Source: Tubulanus polymorphus | Lineage: Eukaryota; Animalia; Nemertea | Direction: 5' to 3' | Assembly: GCF_964204645.1 (NCBI RefSeq) | Contig: NC_134027.1 | Coordinates: 10,510,485-10,574,484 of the forward strand | DNA length: 64,000 nucleotides | Shown here: positions 38,628 to 52,203 of the stretch, one piece after another | Layout: each line of letters opens with the position of its first letter | Position numbering within the stretch: the first letter of the stretch is position 1 | Notes under the pieces: model-generated | What the model was told of the DNA's origin: nothing | Database searches by the model: none | Seen by the model: only the letters and a program-made list of their open reading frames with translations | Translations under genes and position numbers: made by a program

Positions 38628-40029
38628 ATGAAAATGGCGAAAACGTACGGACCAAGTAACTGGAAAGTGAAGTCGGTGATAATATGCAATGTGTTGTTGA
38701 ATCTATCGATTGTAGCTTTGTGTGAAAGGTGGCCGAGAAAAGCTGGCGACAAAGCGTCTGATGGGCACTGTCTTGAATTCAACTGGGGAGGGCTTACAGG
38801 CGTTCATTGGTATTCATGCTGCAACAACTGTAAAAACGGCAACGCCACTGCTGTTGTATGTGACAAGAAAACGTACCACACGGCGTCTTCTGGTGGGTGT
38901 AACTTTATCACAAAACATATAGTTGAATAATTTGATTTTCAATCTAACGATATCACAAGTTTATAGAGGTTTTCACTAGTGTCACGCGTATCGTTGTCAG
39001 GCGTTACATTAGTCAACAGGGGCCAGTTGCACAGTCGTCACTTCAGTCAAAAAGTGGTCTTAAATCTTAAGACTGGTCTTAAATTGTTAGATTTGCTATA
39101 GAATTAAGTTGGTATTAGACTGGTCTTAAGTCTAAGCCGTGACTATGCAACTGGCCCCTGAGACTTTATCGCTAAGCGACTTGCTAATATGACGCGCCGT
39201 TACTACACGAACCTACGTACGTATGGTAGCTAAAAGTTCTCTTGAAGGAGAAAAAGTAAGATTTGTTTTTGTTCCCTAAAAACATTCAGCACCTGCTGAA
39301 AACAACAATTTACGTCCTGAAAACAACTTTCAGTTCTTTTCTGGACCTGAAAGTTATTTTCGAAATCGACAGGTGGTTTTCACAACAGTGGTTTTCACGG
39401 ATTAGGTGGCACGAATCACCCACCACACTCGTTCTGGTTTGTTCGGGACGTAATAGAATGAACATATCAAACCAATCAATCGAATGGCAATTCTATCATA
39501 AGATCAAAACATGATGCGCTGTGACTTACCACTTGAGATGTACATCTTCAGCTTAATGTTATTTCTAGGTATCTACTGTGGGTCATGTGGAGTTGATTTG
39601 AAAGCAGGCGACGGGTCAAAGCGCGGGGAGCAATTTTATTGCGGTGGTTGTGCGGGACAAGAGGAAGTTGCTGCCCTGTGTAGCCGTTGGTGGAATAACA
39701 TAAAAGGCATGTGTTGGCACTTCTCTAAATGCTTTCACGATAAGTGCACCGATAAGTACGGCTATGCACCAGCTCCTTCACAACCTGCGAAAGCACCACC
39801 TACGTGTTACGACGGGAAATGTCAGGCCGGCGAAACGACAAAAAACTGTCCGATAGACTGTTGTTATAAGATCAACCCAAAGTGCCATCTGGCCAACCTC
39901 AAAAACACGTGTATGGATAAATGCTGCTCCGATGAGAAATGCTGCGGGACCGGAAAAGGAAACGTAATTGGTTTAAATCATTTACATACTTTATTGATTT
40001 TCATCTTCGGTCTACTAATGAACAAATAG
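38628..40029 (+). CDS. Cys-rich secreted, probably GPI-anchored protein, ~241 aa. Exons 38628-38892 and 39569-40029
   Basis: N-terminal hydrophobic segment. Phase-1 intron with donor gtgggt; an alternative in-phase gtaact lies 6 nt later. About 24 Cys in the mature part, a CYDGKCQAGETTKNCPIDC motif, and a hydrophobic C-tail LLIFIFGLLMNK*. Confidence 0.82.
39017..39160. mobile_element. PIF/Harbinger-like MITE in the intron of the Cys-rich gene
   Basis: TIRs CAGGGGCCAGTTGCAcAGTC / GACTaTGCAACTGGCCCCTG, in a CWG-type target context. Confidence 0.75.
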
Positions 40030-40720
40030 GAATCAGATTCACAGTTAAAATTGGAATTTGCAGTTAGATTTCGAGTTAGACTTTAAAGGAACTTATTTCA
40101 GTCAACTTTCTTGGTAATGGTTTATGTATGAGTTTGTAAAAGACGTTTTTCCTAAAGACGTTTTTATTTAAAGTGTATATAATGATTAATGTTTTTAACA
40201 TGCCAATATTGCCTGAAAGTGTTACTACTTTTGAACAGAAACACACATCTGAAATACTTGAGCAATGCATCGTTTGAGGAAAGCCGTGTTTAAAGGATTT
40301 GTGTTATCGTGCTTGCTTGTTGCGTTTGCACCCGTCAAACGTGAGTATGTAGGCTATTTATCAATGGCCTAGAAATACCGTTTTTTGTGTAGGGCAGTGA
40401 TCGTCGTCATCAAATAATAAAATTTTTCTCTCAGTTTTCCACGAAGGGTTATAATGTAAATCAGCGCCATAATGACCAGTGTTTCGATATAAACTCACGC
40501 ATTTTTTCCGAGACGATTTTCTAATTTTCTATCGTACCAAGAACCTGAATTTGAGACCGGGGCACTTTCTACATAAAATCTCGGCCAACAAGGGCACTTT
40601 AAACGTCAAACCTGTGGTTTTCAGGAGCTGCTCAGCACTCACTACGCCGAATCATCCCAAACAATGCACCTTTACGTCAAACCCGTGGATTGAGGGGAAT
40701 TTCTGGGTGGCACGGGTAAA

Positions 40721-40899
40721 GGCAAGTAAAACTAACCGACATTAAATATCTATTTCCCAATGTCGGCAAGTAAAACTAACCGACATTAAATATCTATTTC
40801 CCAATGTCGGCAATGTCGGCAAGTAAAACTAACCGGCATTAAATATCTATTTCACAATGTCGGCAATGTCGGCAAGTAAAACTAACCGACATTAAATAT
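40721..40899. repeat. Minisatellite, 44/53-bp unit, ~4 copies
   Basis: Unit GGCAAGTAAAACTAACCGACATTAAATATCTATTTCCCAATGTC. Confidence 0.92.
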
Positions 40900-41444
40900 A
40901 AGATAACCAAATCACAACTTAAGTTTCTATATAATCATACACCGGAGGAACTACAATCCCATATACTATACTTGATCCGAAACGTGTAGATCAACTGCTC
41001 GGCACCAGGAGAGGACAAGTGTTTGGCCATGGATGCTGGATGTCGTCAATTTCAATGCGAACGCAATTTGTATTACGAAAACAGAATCGGTTTAGGTGAG
41101 TTTGTGACAGAATTGAAATTTGAATTAATATAGAGACTTAGGGGGCTACTGCATTCACGTTTCGTCCATCGTTCGTCCACCCAGTCCTGTTCGTCGACAG
41201 AATATACTTTTTTGAAATTTTTCTTCGCGGAATCAAGATTTGTGGCCACTGTGTTCGGCAAAATCAGCAATTTATGCGGTGCGTATTTTTCATGGGAAAT
41301 TTTGAAGACGCTTTTTCGTGCTTGTTGTTCCTGATGCTTTCCGTGTAAATGTATACAGGCCTCTAGGGTCTACCACCAGAAGAAGAGTTACGTGTACGTA
41401 TCAGCATTTGTATAGGAAATTTTCATGGCAATTTTCAATACGCT

Positions 41445-41804
41445 ATTTTCATGGCAATTTTCTAAATTCTAAAGATTTTTTTGGACTAGAATCATCGTTT
41501 GATTGTTTCCATGTTGGAATTGGGGGCACTTGGTGTCTCCCCAGCGTAATTAGATTTGCAACGATGTTTGATGTTCACAACGACCGCTTGTTTTTAGTTT
41601 TTATTGAAAGCCGTGTCACTCTATTCTCTGATCGACACTACGCTCGGTCCCATGTTTAGCGTTCGACGATTGAACATTCTAGGTCAGATAAGACAAGTTT
41701 CTTGACATTTTTTATTTTTTTCAGGACGAGGTCCAATCCCAATGCTAAGTATCTGATTCTAATCCCCAAAAAATCTTTAGAATTTAGAAAATTGCCATGA
41801 AAAT
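41445..41804. repeat. ~50-bp inverted repeat around a ~260-bp spacer
   Basis: ATTTTCATGGCAATTTTCTAAATTCTAAAGATTTTT.. (41445-41494) is complementary to 41754-41804. Confidence 0.8.
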
Positions 41805-42156
41805 TTGCATAATACGCGCATGCAGAAAATCGACGGTCAACCACTCGCGTTCGCGTGCGCTTTACGCTTGACTCAACCGGTGGCCACGCGCGTTTCTATG
41901 AATATATTTTTGCCAATGTAGTATCAACAAAATCCTCCAATAAAACTCTATCTTCAATGAAATATTCTACATTGTATCTCAAAACATGAAAAAGTTACAG
42001 TCAATAACACAAAATTACCAATCTTTTTGAGGCGCCTTCCTTAAAGTGACGTATATTTTTTAAACTGTAACTGTATCCGATTGTTACAGCCGAGAAAAAT
42101 AAAATAAATATTTTGGATGTTACCACGAACTATTTCACCAAATAAGATATTTTGCC

Positions 42157-42470
42157 ATAACTGCCGTCCACTTTAACATTATACCGTTTTCTTTGATCAT
42201 TGCGTCAAATTCTGTTATAATAGTTCAGTTATTCAGAGGTTCAAAAATGGTTTCGTCTGATCAGAAAACTACAAGATCAAAACGTAAAACAATAATGCTA
42301 GTAACAGTTTCACTCGCATTTGCAATATTCATACTTCCAACCATTATTACTACATATTTGCCAATATCATTGGAGCAGAGAAGTTAAATATATGATATTT
42401 TCATTCAGTTTCAAATGCTTAACTATTTCATGAATTTTTACATACATCTTTTGTTCGTGAATATTTCTGT
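42157..42470 (+). pseudogene. 3' fragment (TM5-TM7) of a rhodopsin-class peptide-receptor-like GPCR
   Basis: IIPFSLIIASNSVIIVQLFR..KRKTIMLVTVSLAFAIFILP..*..MLNYFMNF. In-frame stop at 42385; no upstream helices. Confidence 0.65.
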
Positions 42471-43869
42471 ATGAAAATCCGTTGTAGAAATTCAATGAAA
42501 TAAGCATTGATTCAGCTTTATCCGACATATAAACTCAAGAAAATGGTTGATGAAAAATGTCAATGGATCTATATACACCTGTTTTTAGAAGACGCGTTAA
42601 GAATGATGTTATAATTTTGACCTTTCATCCCAAACGGACGAACCTTTGGTACCATAAGCTCAATTTGAGTAGTTTAGTATTTGAGTAGTTTAGTATTTGT
42701 CTGACCGATTCTCGGAATCCAGCCTGAAGACCAGTGAAAAATATTTTTCAGATCTATTTTTGTGTACCTGAATATGGCAGTAACAATAAGAATGATATTT
42801 ATTTTAGTAACTACGTAATTTCTTCGAAGCTCTAATTCATAACACAATAAGCAAATACATTCAGTCGATAAATCTAAAATAAAAGTTTTGCTAATTCTTT
42901 CATCAAATATGTACGTGGTATTCATCAGATCCATTCTACGGGTAAAATTCGAAATTATTATATGTAGTTGAGTATATTAGTAGTTTGCGCTTCATTATAG
43001 ATATTTTCACAGCTATAGAACTCCACAAAAAATATTTGATTAGATATCCATCTCCAGTAAGCTATAAAAAACTGATTTCGGGACGCCTCGATAGCTGTAC
43101 CTGAGCAAATTTAATTGGCAACCAGATACGTTACCACAAGCGTCAGAATACGTTATTGATTATAAAAATCGATTATGAAAAGCTTACCACCAACGATTAG
43201 GTAACTAACTAACTTTAGGCCTAATATGTAATAGATGAAATCTAAGTGACAGACGCCTCGTTACACAGCCATTGATTTAAATTCAACCATAATTTAGATT
43301 AAAAAAACACTATTTTTCCGGAGGCACCGTCGACTACTGTGGTGAATGAAAATTACCCCAAATATTGTCTTGGATAAAAAGAATGAACACCAGAAAATTT
43401 GCTTTTTTGTGAATAAAAATTTCGTAAATCTCTCAGGAAAATCACTTAAGAAATTTGAAATCAATCCGATACGCAGAAAAAATGATGTACGGCACATCAT
43501 AGAACACCCAGTTCACAGAGAGACTGAATAGATTGATATACTGAATGAAGAAATTGAATAGATAGGGAAATATCTTTGTGAAACGAAACTGGACCAGCAG
43601 GTTCATTCCAAGACGATAACAGCGGTGAACTGCAAGTTTGGTACAACCTGGAAGTTAACAGCCGTTTGGCATTGCAAATTGCAATTCAAAGAAGACGAAT
43701 TCTGTGAGAAAAAAATTAAGGACACAAAATATGCATCACAAAAAATATTTATTTCTGCGAGAAAAATATCCAGAAATTCGGCAGAAAAAAATATTAAGCC
43801 CTATGATAAAATAAATCGGTTGAAAAGAAAGTTCACAGTAGCTAATTAACTAAACAAGTAAAGAATTTC

Positions 43870-45700
43870 AAACAATCATATTTATTCTCATACAACAATT
43901 ATACAAAATGCCAGGTTTGTGCTCGAGGGATTATTATGTAAGCTCCTCAAACACGTGGACTGTATTTCAAAAACAATCCAATCATGGACGTATAAACTAT
44001 AGTTTAAACATTCATGGTCCAACCATAGACTCTATAAAACAATAAAACGTCTATGGCCCACAATCATGGACTCTAAAATGTAAGAGTCCATGGCTCCCCG
44101 CACTAAAACCAGAGATAAACCTGGCCAAATACTCTGGAAAGCGTAAGATTTTAAGTAATCAATCTGATTTACATTTTTACTCTTAAAAGTTGACCTGGTT
44201 GGCGGCCTATCTACCTTAGGCCTTACATGACTTTTTTTAAATCATGATCAACCTAACCATAACAGACCCGGCAGATAGAAATGAACTGATATCAAATTTC
44301 AATTATAATGACTTATTCAAAATATAAAATTACTAGCTTTTAATATCACATATGCTACTACATCATGCAAGGTATTTCAAGGTCTTATTCACCAAAAACA
44401 TTCCCCCTGCAACTGATTCATAAAACTTGAATCAATAGGAAAATAACAAAATTAAAGAATTGTAAACTTTGATCGATAAAACACTGACAATGGGGACTAG
44501 TCTGAATGTTTAAGACTATTAATTTGACAGTTCATGAAGTCACCAGGCATAAGTGACACTTGGCTATTTCATGAAATATGAAGCATTCTATCATATCAAC
44601 TATTCTGCAAACGACAATGTAAGAAAGATTTCTGTTTATACAAAAAACTGCAAAAATATCTCCAACATATAAACATTAAAGCTGGACATAAAACAAAAAA
44701 TTCACTCAAATAATCAATCTCTAATTTCATTTTTTTTTAAACATTATTTTTACAAGAAAACTGAAATTTTGCAAACTTTGCTTCGAGGAATTATCAGTTC
44801 TTCGTTAACTAATTGGGGAACTGTATTTAAAAAAAACAGTTCAACATAAAAGCATTAAAACCAGAGATAAAACCTAAAGATTAACTCTGGAAAGCTTGAG
44901 ATTAGCTAATCAATCTTTATTTTCATTTTCATTGAAATTATTTTACAAGATAACTAGTTTTTACAACTTTGCCTGAGATTTTTAAACATTTTCAACATTA
45001 TTTTCTTAACATTGTCACGTTTAATGCAAAGTATTTTGAAGGTCTTTTAATCAAGATATATGGAGTATCATCGTATAGATATTGTTTAACTCACGATTTG
45101 AATATAGCTAGGTAAATTACAAAAAAAAACTGATCGCTGAGATACCTACAATTATCTACAACTTTTTCAAAATCTGAAATGCTTCTTGTGCAGATTTGAA
45201 TCAGGCCCCAATTGGACATCCGACAATCAAAACATAGCTAGGACAATTTACTAATCAACACTGTTCATATATCCTCATTTATAAAAAGAAATGCTCCTCT
45301 TTATTTCATAGGACCTCAGTTTGATAGTTTTTATAAACTTAGCTAAACAATTAAAAAGTTTTACGATGAATAATGAACACGTATGTGTCGTTTTATTCTC
45401 ATGACAAAAATTATACCACGCTAAATAACAGGTACTCAAGGAATTATCCAAAAACAGCTCCACATAAAAGCTTTCAAACTAGAGACAAATCTTACTAAGT
45501 CATACTGGAAAGCTTAGTATTAACTTAACGTTCTAAATTTCATTTTCGTTAACATCATTTTCACTAGAAAACTAGAATTTTCGCTGCAAAGATTTTCAAA
45601 CATTATCAGTTCGCTCATTTAATACAAAGTTATTTGAAAACATGACAATAATTTTATGATCACGTTTATAGCTGTTTAACATTCTTTCTAAAACATTCTT
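43870..45700. repeat. Three degenerate copies of an AT-rich unit of several hundred bp
   Basis: The core AAACCAGAGATAAA...ACTCTGGAAAGC...AATCAATCT recurs at ~44105, ~44857 and ~45476. Confidence 0.6.
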
Positions 45701-46799
45701 GTTTAACATTCTTTCTTTCATAAGTTATTTGAAGCATTCTATCGAAACAGATATTTTTTTAGTGTGTGTGATTTATTGAAGGCTTATGGTTATTTGTTTT
45801 CTTTATTGCTGAGCCTACAGAATGCTTAAAACAACAACAGATAAGATCTCAAGAGGTTGGGAAACACGGAGAAGGTTGTTCTATGAAAGAAGAACCTTTA
45901 ATAATTACATTGAGTTGATAAGAAAAAATTCCTGATGATGAAGGCCTATATAGAATATTTACTAATTGTTTGTTGGTTTTGTTTATTTTTATTACCTATA
46001 ATTTATTTTTTTTTCTAATTATTTTTGTAATGTATTTCTTATCTATTGTTTTTTTTATCATTTCTTTAAATTATGTTCTATGTATTTTGTACTATTTACA
46101 TCATCAGGAAGTTTTTACCGCTGAAATTATGGCCTCACTTGAAAAAAGTGCTACAAATTCACTGCTGCACCTAAATAATCATTATTTATAAAACACCCCG
46201 ATTAGTATGAAAGCCACTCAACTTAATGATATGAATGACAATGAAAGAAGTTAAAACAGCTATAAACAAAATTAAAACGATCAAAATCATTGCTGGCCAT
46301 TATTATCATCTCTTTATATCACGTTACTCCTAGCTATACCTCTCTTATATATACCTCTGTGGATACAATGTACAAAGCCAGTATGTACAGCACTGAAGGC
46401 CCCTTCACTTTCATTTTCAAAACATCTTTATTCAATGTCCATAAACTTGCTGGGCGAGTTTAGGAATCCAAACTAATTAAGGAACTTTCTGTCACATTAC
46501 AAAGGACATGACACATCTGTTTACAAATCGAAAAAAGTTTGCATAATCATTATAAAAGAATTAGAATGCCATTTTATTGAAATATTCAAATATTAATAGT
46601 TCCTTCTCAGGCCCAGACCCCTAATTAACTAACTTCAATTTTCATTAATCAACATTAAAACTATTTCTTTATTTCCACCTCTTCAAATAGACGGTGAATT
46701 TTGTTACCCATCAGACTGGTTTGTTAAAAGGTAACACAAAATAAATCAATACTTTACATATTTTACTATTTTACTGTACATATTTTACATATTTTATTT

Positions 46800-47103
46800 T
46801 GCTGCTCCTGAACAAGTGTTTATAAGATATGCATTGTCTCTGCTGCTCCTGAATAAGTGTTTATAAGATACACATTGTCTCCGCTGCTTCCGAATAAGTG
46901 TTTATAAGATATGCATTGTCTCTGCTGCTCCTGAACAAGTGTTTATGAGATACGCACTGTCTCTGCTGCTCCTGAATAAGTGTTTATAAATACGCATTGT
47001 CTCTGTTGCTCCTGAATAACTGTTCACAATATATTTACATTGTCTCTGCTGCTCCTGAATAATTGTTTATATATACCGGTAAGACACGCATTGTCTCTGC
47101 TCC
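46800..47103. repeat. Minisatellite, ~41-bp unit, ~7 copies
   Basis: Unit TGCTGCTCCTGAATAAGTGTTTATAAGATAYGCATTGTCTC. Confidence 0.95.
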
Positions 47104-47785
47104 ACCTATTGTAGAAGAAATCAGTCATTGGGCGATAAACCGCTGCTGGCTAAATTTCTGGACTTCTAGGCCTATGCAGTTGAATTCAAGATGGATTCTT
47201 CTGTGGTAGTTGACGATTTCAATTCGAAATGGAATCTTCTGTTGGCTATTCTAATCAGCACATTTTTCACCGGTACATCTTAGGCTGAGCATTTTCTTAT
47301 AGATGTTATTTAGCTGAAATGAATAAAAGAAGATATCCTGTAATTACACAATATCTTACAATATACACAATTCTTCATATACCATTAATAATAATAAATT
47401 CCATGTACCGTAAATCGATTTCATTTAGAATTAATCAAAATAATTCCATCTATATTAAATTAAGTTACCTTTTATGATTGCTGGGTTCGCTCTTGGCGTG
47501 GATCATCTAAGTCGATTGGTTGATAAGTTTGATTCTAGTTGGCTGTGCGCTGTTCCAGTTGGTCGATTTTGGACGAGTAGCTGATCTCAAGCTGGGTTTT
47601 TCATATAGTTGAAATTTAGCTGCAATGATTAAAAGAAGTTGTCCTGTAATGACAAATTTTTTCAATTCGAATTTATCGCAATAATTCCATCTATATTAAG
47701 TTACCTTTGATGATTGCCGGGTTCATTATCGGCGAGGGTCTCCTAAGTTGATTGTCTAATTTTACATATTTTTTGTCGTTATTTC

Positions 47786-47980
47786 CATGTAAATAGTCCG
47801 AAAGTTTACAAAATTGAATAATTTTGTCAAGTTTTTACAATTCTTTGCTCTTTTTTTTCATGTAAATAGTCCGAAAGTTTACAAGGTTGAATAATTTTGT
47901 CTAGTTTTTACAATTCTTTACTCTTTTTTTCAAGTAAATAGTCCGAAAGTTTACAAGGTTGAATAATTTTGTCTGGTTTT
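47786..47980. repeat. Tandem repeat, ~72-bp unit, ~2.7 copies
   Basis: Unit CATGTAAATAGTCCGAAAGTTTACAAGGTTGAATAATTTTGTC... Confidence 0.9.
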
Positions 47981-48199
47981 ATATTCAAAATCGGAAATCG
48001 AAGTACAGATATAGTTGTGTGATCGGGGGTCGATTTTACATAAATTTTGTTTTCTTTAAAACCAAGCAAATAATTGGAAAATCCGGTTCCGGTTCATTCA
48101 ATTAATCTTCCAAGCAGTCTGAACCGGCAAGTGACTGATTGGGGTCAATTAAGTTGACTGCCTATTTTAATACATCGAGATTTGGAACATCTATATTAC

Positions 48200-48675
<476 letters not shown>

Positions 48676-48719
48676 ATCAGCAATGTGGACCGGAAAGTAG
48701 ATTTTGATAATAGTCAATT

Positions 48720-48799
48720 ATTAAACGATTCAATTAATTAATCTATATTCATTCTAGATATTAAACGATTCAATTAATTAATCTATATTCATTCTAGAT
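48720..48799. repeat. Perfect 40-bp tandem duplication
   Basis: ATTAAACGATTCAATTAATTAATCTATATTCATTCTAGAT occurs twice. Confidence 0.92.
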
Positions 48800-49514
48800 T
48801 TCTGAAATTGATTATAATAGTTTAACAACAATTCGAGTAAAGCATCTCTAGCTATCTTGAGGAATACCAGAGTTACAGCAAATTTAATAATGCATAATCA
48901 GTCTGTTCAAATTTTTTTGTACTATAGTTTCTCTTCTTCTATCTTCAGAAATTCTTGATGATTTTCTTTCTTGGGTGCTAAACACCCAGTGGCCAGTAGG
49001 TTTTTATTAAAACCCATCATATAGTGCAAACTTGCCAGTGATATTGCCCCCTATATACATTTCGATTGTTAGCTTAACCATGTTCATATTATCAAATTAA
49101 CTTCATCGTCTATTAATAAACTTTAAGAGATATGTTTTCTACCCACAGATGGTGACATCTGTGCCCAGTGAATGGTATTCTCATCCATTTAAGTAATTCT
49201 AAATATTGCACGTAAAATATATACAATGATCTTGTAATTATGATAATATAACTAACTAGAGTGAGTGCGCTGCCAGCATTGAGCACACTGATCCTATAAG
49301 TAACATGGTTCTACAGATTTAAGAAACCTTGAATCATCCCCACACCTTGACAAATCCAGAATTCTGCAAAGCCTTAATGATTCAATGAATCCCACGCACA
49401 AGAGACAGAGCTAAAACACACCCCGTATGGGGTATAGGCCTAAACCAATAGTTAATTATACAGTTGTCTTATCAACCCATATGGTTTGGATTTGAGCACT
49501 TTTACCTTATATGA

Positions 49515-51735
49515 AGATGCTGAGTTAATCTTTATTGTAGATACCTAATAAATCAATTAATGTCCTAGCTATAATTTAAATTGTCTCTGACAATATTTTA
49601 TATGGGGCTTGAAATTTCAAGACAAGAAGAATTCAGATCCGGTATAAATTTAAAAATTCATCATTATTTCAACTGCTAATTTTGCATCAGAGCTTTTGAT
49701 ACCTAACTTAACGAACCCAGAACCCCCCAAAACCTAACTGATTCAACAGATCCCACACACATGTGACCAGTTAGATGAAGACAACATTGCACAATACAGT
49801 TGTCTCATCCACTGCACTATTTTTCAAATAATTTTCACTTATATTCATTATATTGAATTAATTTTAACAAATTTTCTAGATATCTAAGCGATCCGTTGAT
49901 TAGTCATCATACTAGCTACATCTTAATTGTCAGACAACAATATTTATATTGATATGGAGCCTGAAAATCTACACGAGTAGAATTTCAGATGTGGTGGATT
50001 CATCACTATTTGAATTCATCAGAACTTAAGATAAAAGCACATTTTTAGTGGAAATTAGAAATTCCCTTATAGCCGAATTGCTATGTAATCTTTATTTCTC
50101 TTTTACAGTACACTGTGTATAAGGATCGAAAGACCTTGTTATGACCGGACCTCCCTGGTGCGGTGCAAGACATGATGCTGGGATATAGTTTGAAAGAGAG
50201 GGGTTAGTAAAAGAGAGCTATTAGCATGAGGAATAAGACCTAAGTTTAGGATATCCTGCCAGATTAAGGCTCTCAATCTGACATACACAGTGAAATTGAA
50301 ATATTCTCCCTTCCAAATTCAGGAATGTATTTGTGCACGTACAGATTTGTTTTATCTCCTTTCAATCGGAAGTAAATCTGCGTTAAATAAATTTGGCATT
50401 ATGTATCAAAACTAATACAGCTGTATGACGACACAATAGGTTCACTTTAGATACAGATAAATAATTAATTTGCTCAGATACACATGTATCAGCTACATTT
50501 TAAATGTCAATGGACTTAATAATTTCACATAACAATTGAATTAACCTTAATTGTAGATATCTAAGTAATACGTTAATGAGTAATTCATCTTAGCTATATT
50601 ATAATTGTAAACAATATCTATTATGCGTCACTTAACACACAGTATGGCTTTGAGATTTCATTTGAATCAGTAAGGTTTTGGCAATATTGAAGAGCATGAC
50701 CAGTCGCCGTAAGTACGGCAGTTGGAGATGTAAATACTGATCAGTCGATGAGACTGATTCACTTATTATATAGATATGCTCAAATATACATATATCAGCT
50801 ATATCTAAATTGTCAGTTTAATGATATTTATAATGGACCTGTATCACATATAAATTATTTCATACATAGCATATATAAATAGTTTTTGATCTTACATGAA
50901 ATATCAAATTCATCTTAATTATGGATATCTAAGCCATTGGTTAATGAGCAATTTGTCCTAGCTATATATATGATGATTGTCAGTTAAACAATAATCATAG
51001 CCCAAAACAAGGCACAGAGTATGGCTCTGGGGAATGATTTGAATCAATTAAAGCTTTTTTTATTCTAGATTTATCAAAGTGCTGAGACCTAATCACAGTT
51101 TCTAAAAGACCCGCAGTCGATAGTTTTCCCCATATATATTACACCAGATCTCGATAGAGCCCTAGACACTATTTTATACATCTTTCCCCCAGGAATTCAT
51201 TAATGCAATGGGTAAAGCAGCATATAATATATACTGTAAAGTGCCCCAATGTTTATAAATGACATTTGTATCAATATATTATTTGTAAAGAAATCTATTA
51301 ACCGACGATAAAGTTTAATTGATATATATCTTTACAAGTAAAGCCAGCCTAAATGTATATTGTATATGGGGCCCTAAAACATCTACACCTGAAGAATTTC
51401 TCGTCACACATTATAAGATATTGAATGATTGCTAATATCTAAGCGATTGGTTAATTAGCAAATTGTCCTATCCATATCTTGATTGTCCGTTAAACAAGCC
51501 ATATGAGGCCTGAAATATCTACGGTACATTCGGAAAATTTCACATAAGATATTGAATTTACCTTAATTGTACTAGGCCTACTTAAAAAATCTTTTAATTA
51601 GTAACTGACCAATCTATATTTTAATTATCAGACCAAAGAATATTCAAGGGACCTCACTCAATCATTTCGTCTGATATTGTAAATATTCAAGCAATCATTG
51701 CCCTAGCTATATTTCAATTTACTTTTAACAATATA
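49515..51735. repeat. About 7 dispersed degenerate copies of a ~100-bp unit
   Basis: ATTGTAGATATCTAAGC..GTTAAT..GTCCTAGCTAT..AATTGTC recurs near 49535, 49875, 50549, 50918, 51430, 51566 and 51676. Confidence 0.65.
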
Positions 51736-52203
51736 CCGGCCATAGAGCTTCAATAAAGTAGTGCGGAGATGGTGAGCTTGACCACCATCTCTATCCTCAC
51801 CAGTGCCTATGCATTCTACCCCAGATATGAAAAATCAACTTAGCTTTATGTAGGCCTATGTATGCATTCTTGTTGCCATGCAAGATGAGACTGCCAGGTT
51901 TGGTTGTGGCAGGTCTTTCGGTGTTTGGTTCATTCAATGTGGAGTCTTTTGTGGGCACTTCTCGTGGGTAGATTTTAGATGGGCCTTTCCGGATTAACCT
52001 GAAATGAGTAAAAGAACGATATTCTGTAGTTACACAATCCTTTCTGTATCATACATTGTAATTTACACATGTATCAACTTAACTTTCAATATTGCTGAGT
52101 TCAGTGTTCTTTTTTCGCCATCTTCTGTAGTCGCTTTCAGCATCTTCTTCATCTTGGGAGTCCTGAAATGAAAAAAAAGAGAAGAGCGATGAAAACCTGG
52201 TAC

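Noticed and set aside
40273-42045. Possible Kolobok-like element (CCTTAA right end, faint zinc-finger-like fragments)
   Set aside because: The left TIR match is poor and no transposase motif can be read with confidence.
45924-46117. 18-bp imperfect inverted repeat around a T-rich tract, and a hydrophobic 73-aa ORF
   Set aside because: Low complexity explains the ORF; there is no TSD or ribozyme stem.
46800-47103. CRISPR-like regular repeats (also 40721-40899, 52449-52763, 54012-54748)
   Set aside because: No unique spacers of constant length, no cas genes, and a eukaryotic context.
49253-49295. Helitron-like 3' end on the minus strand (hairpin plus CTAG); similar at 998-1020 and 27444
   Set aside because: The hairpins are weak, and no 5' end or RepHel sequence is identifiable.
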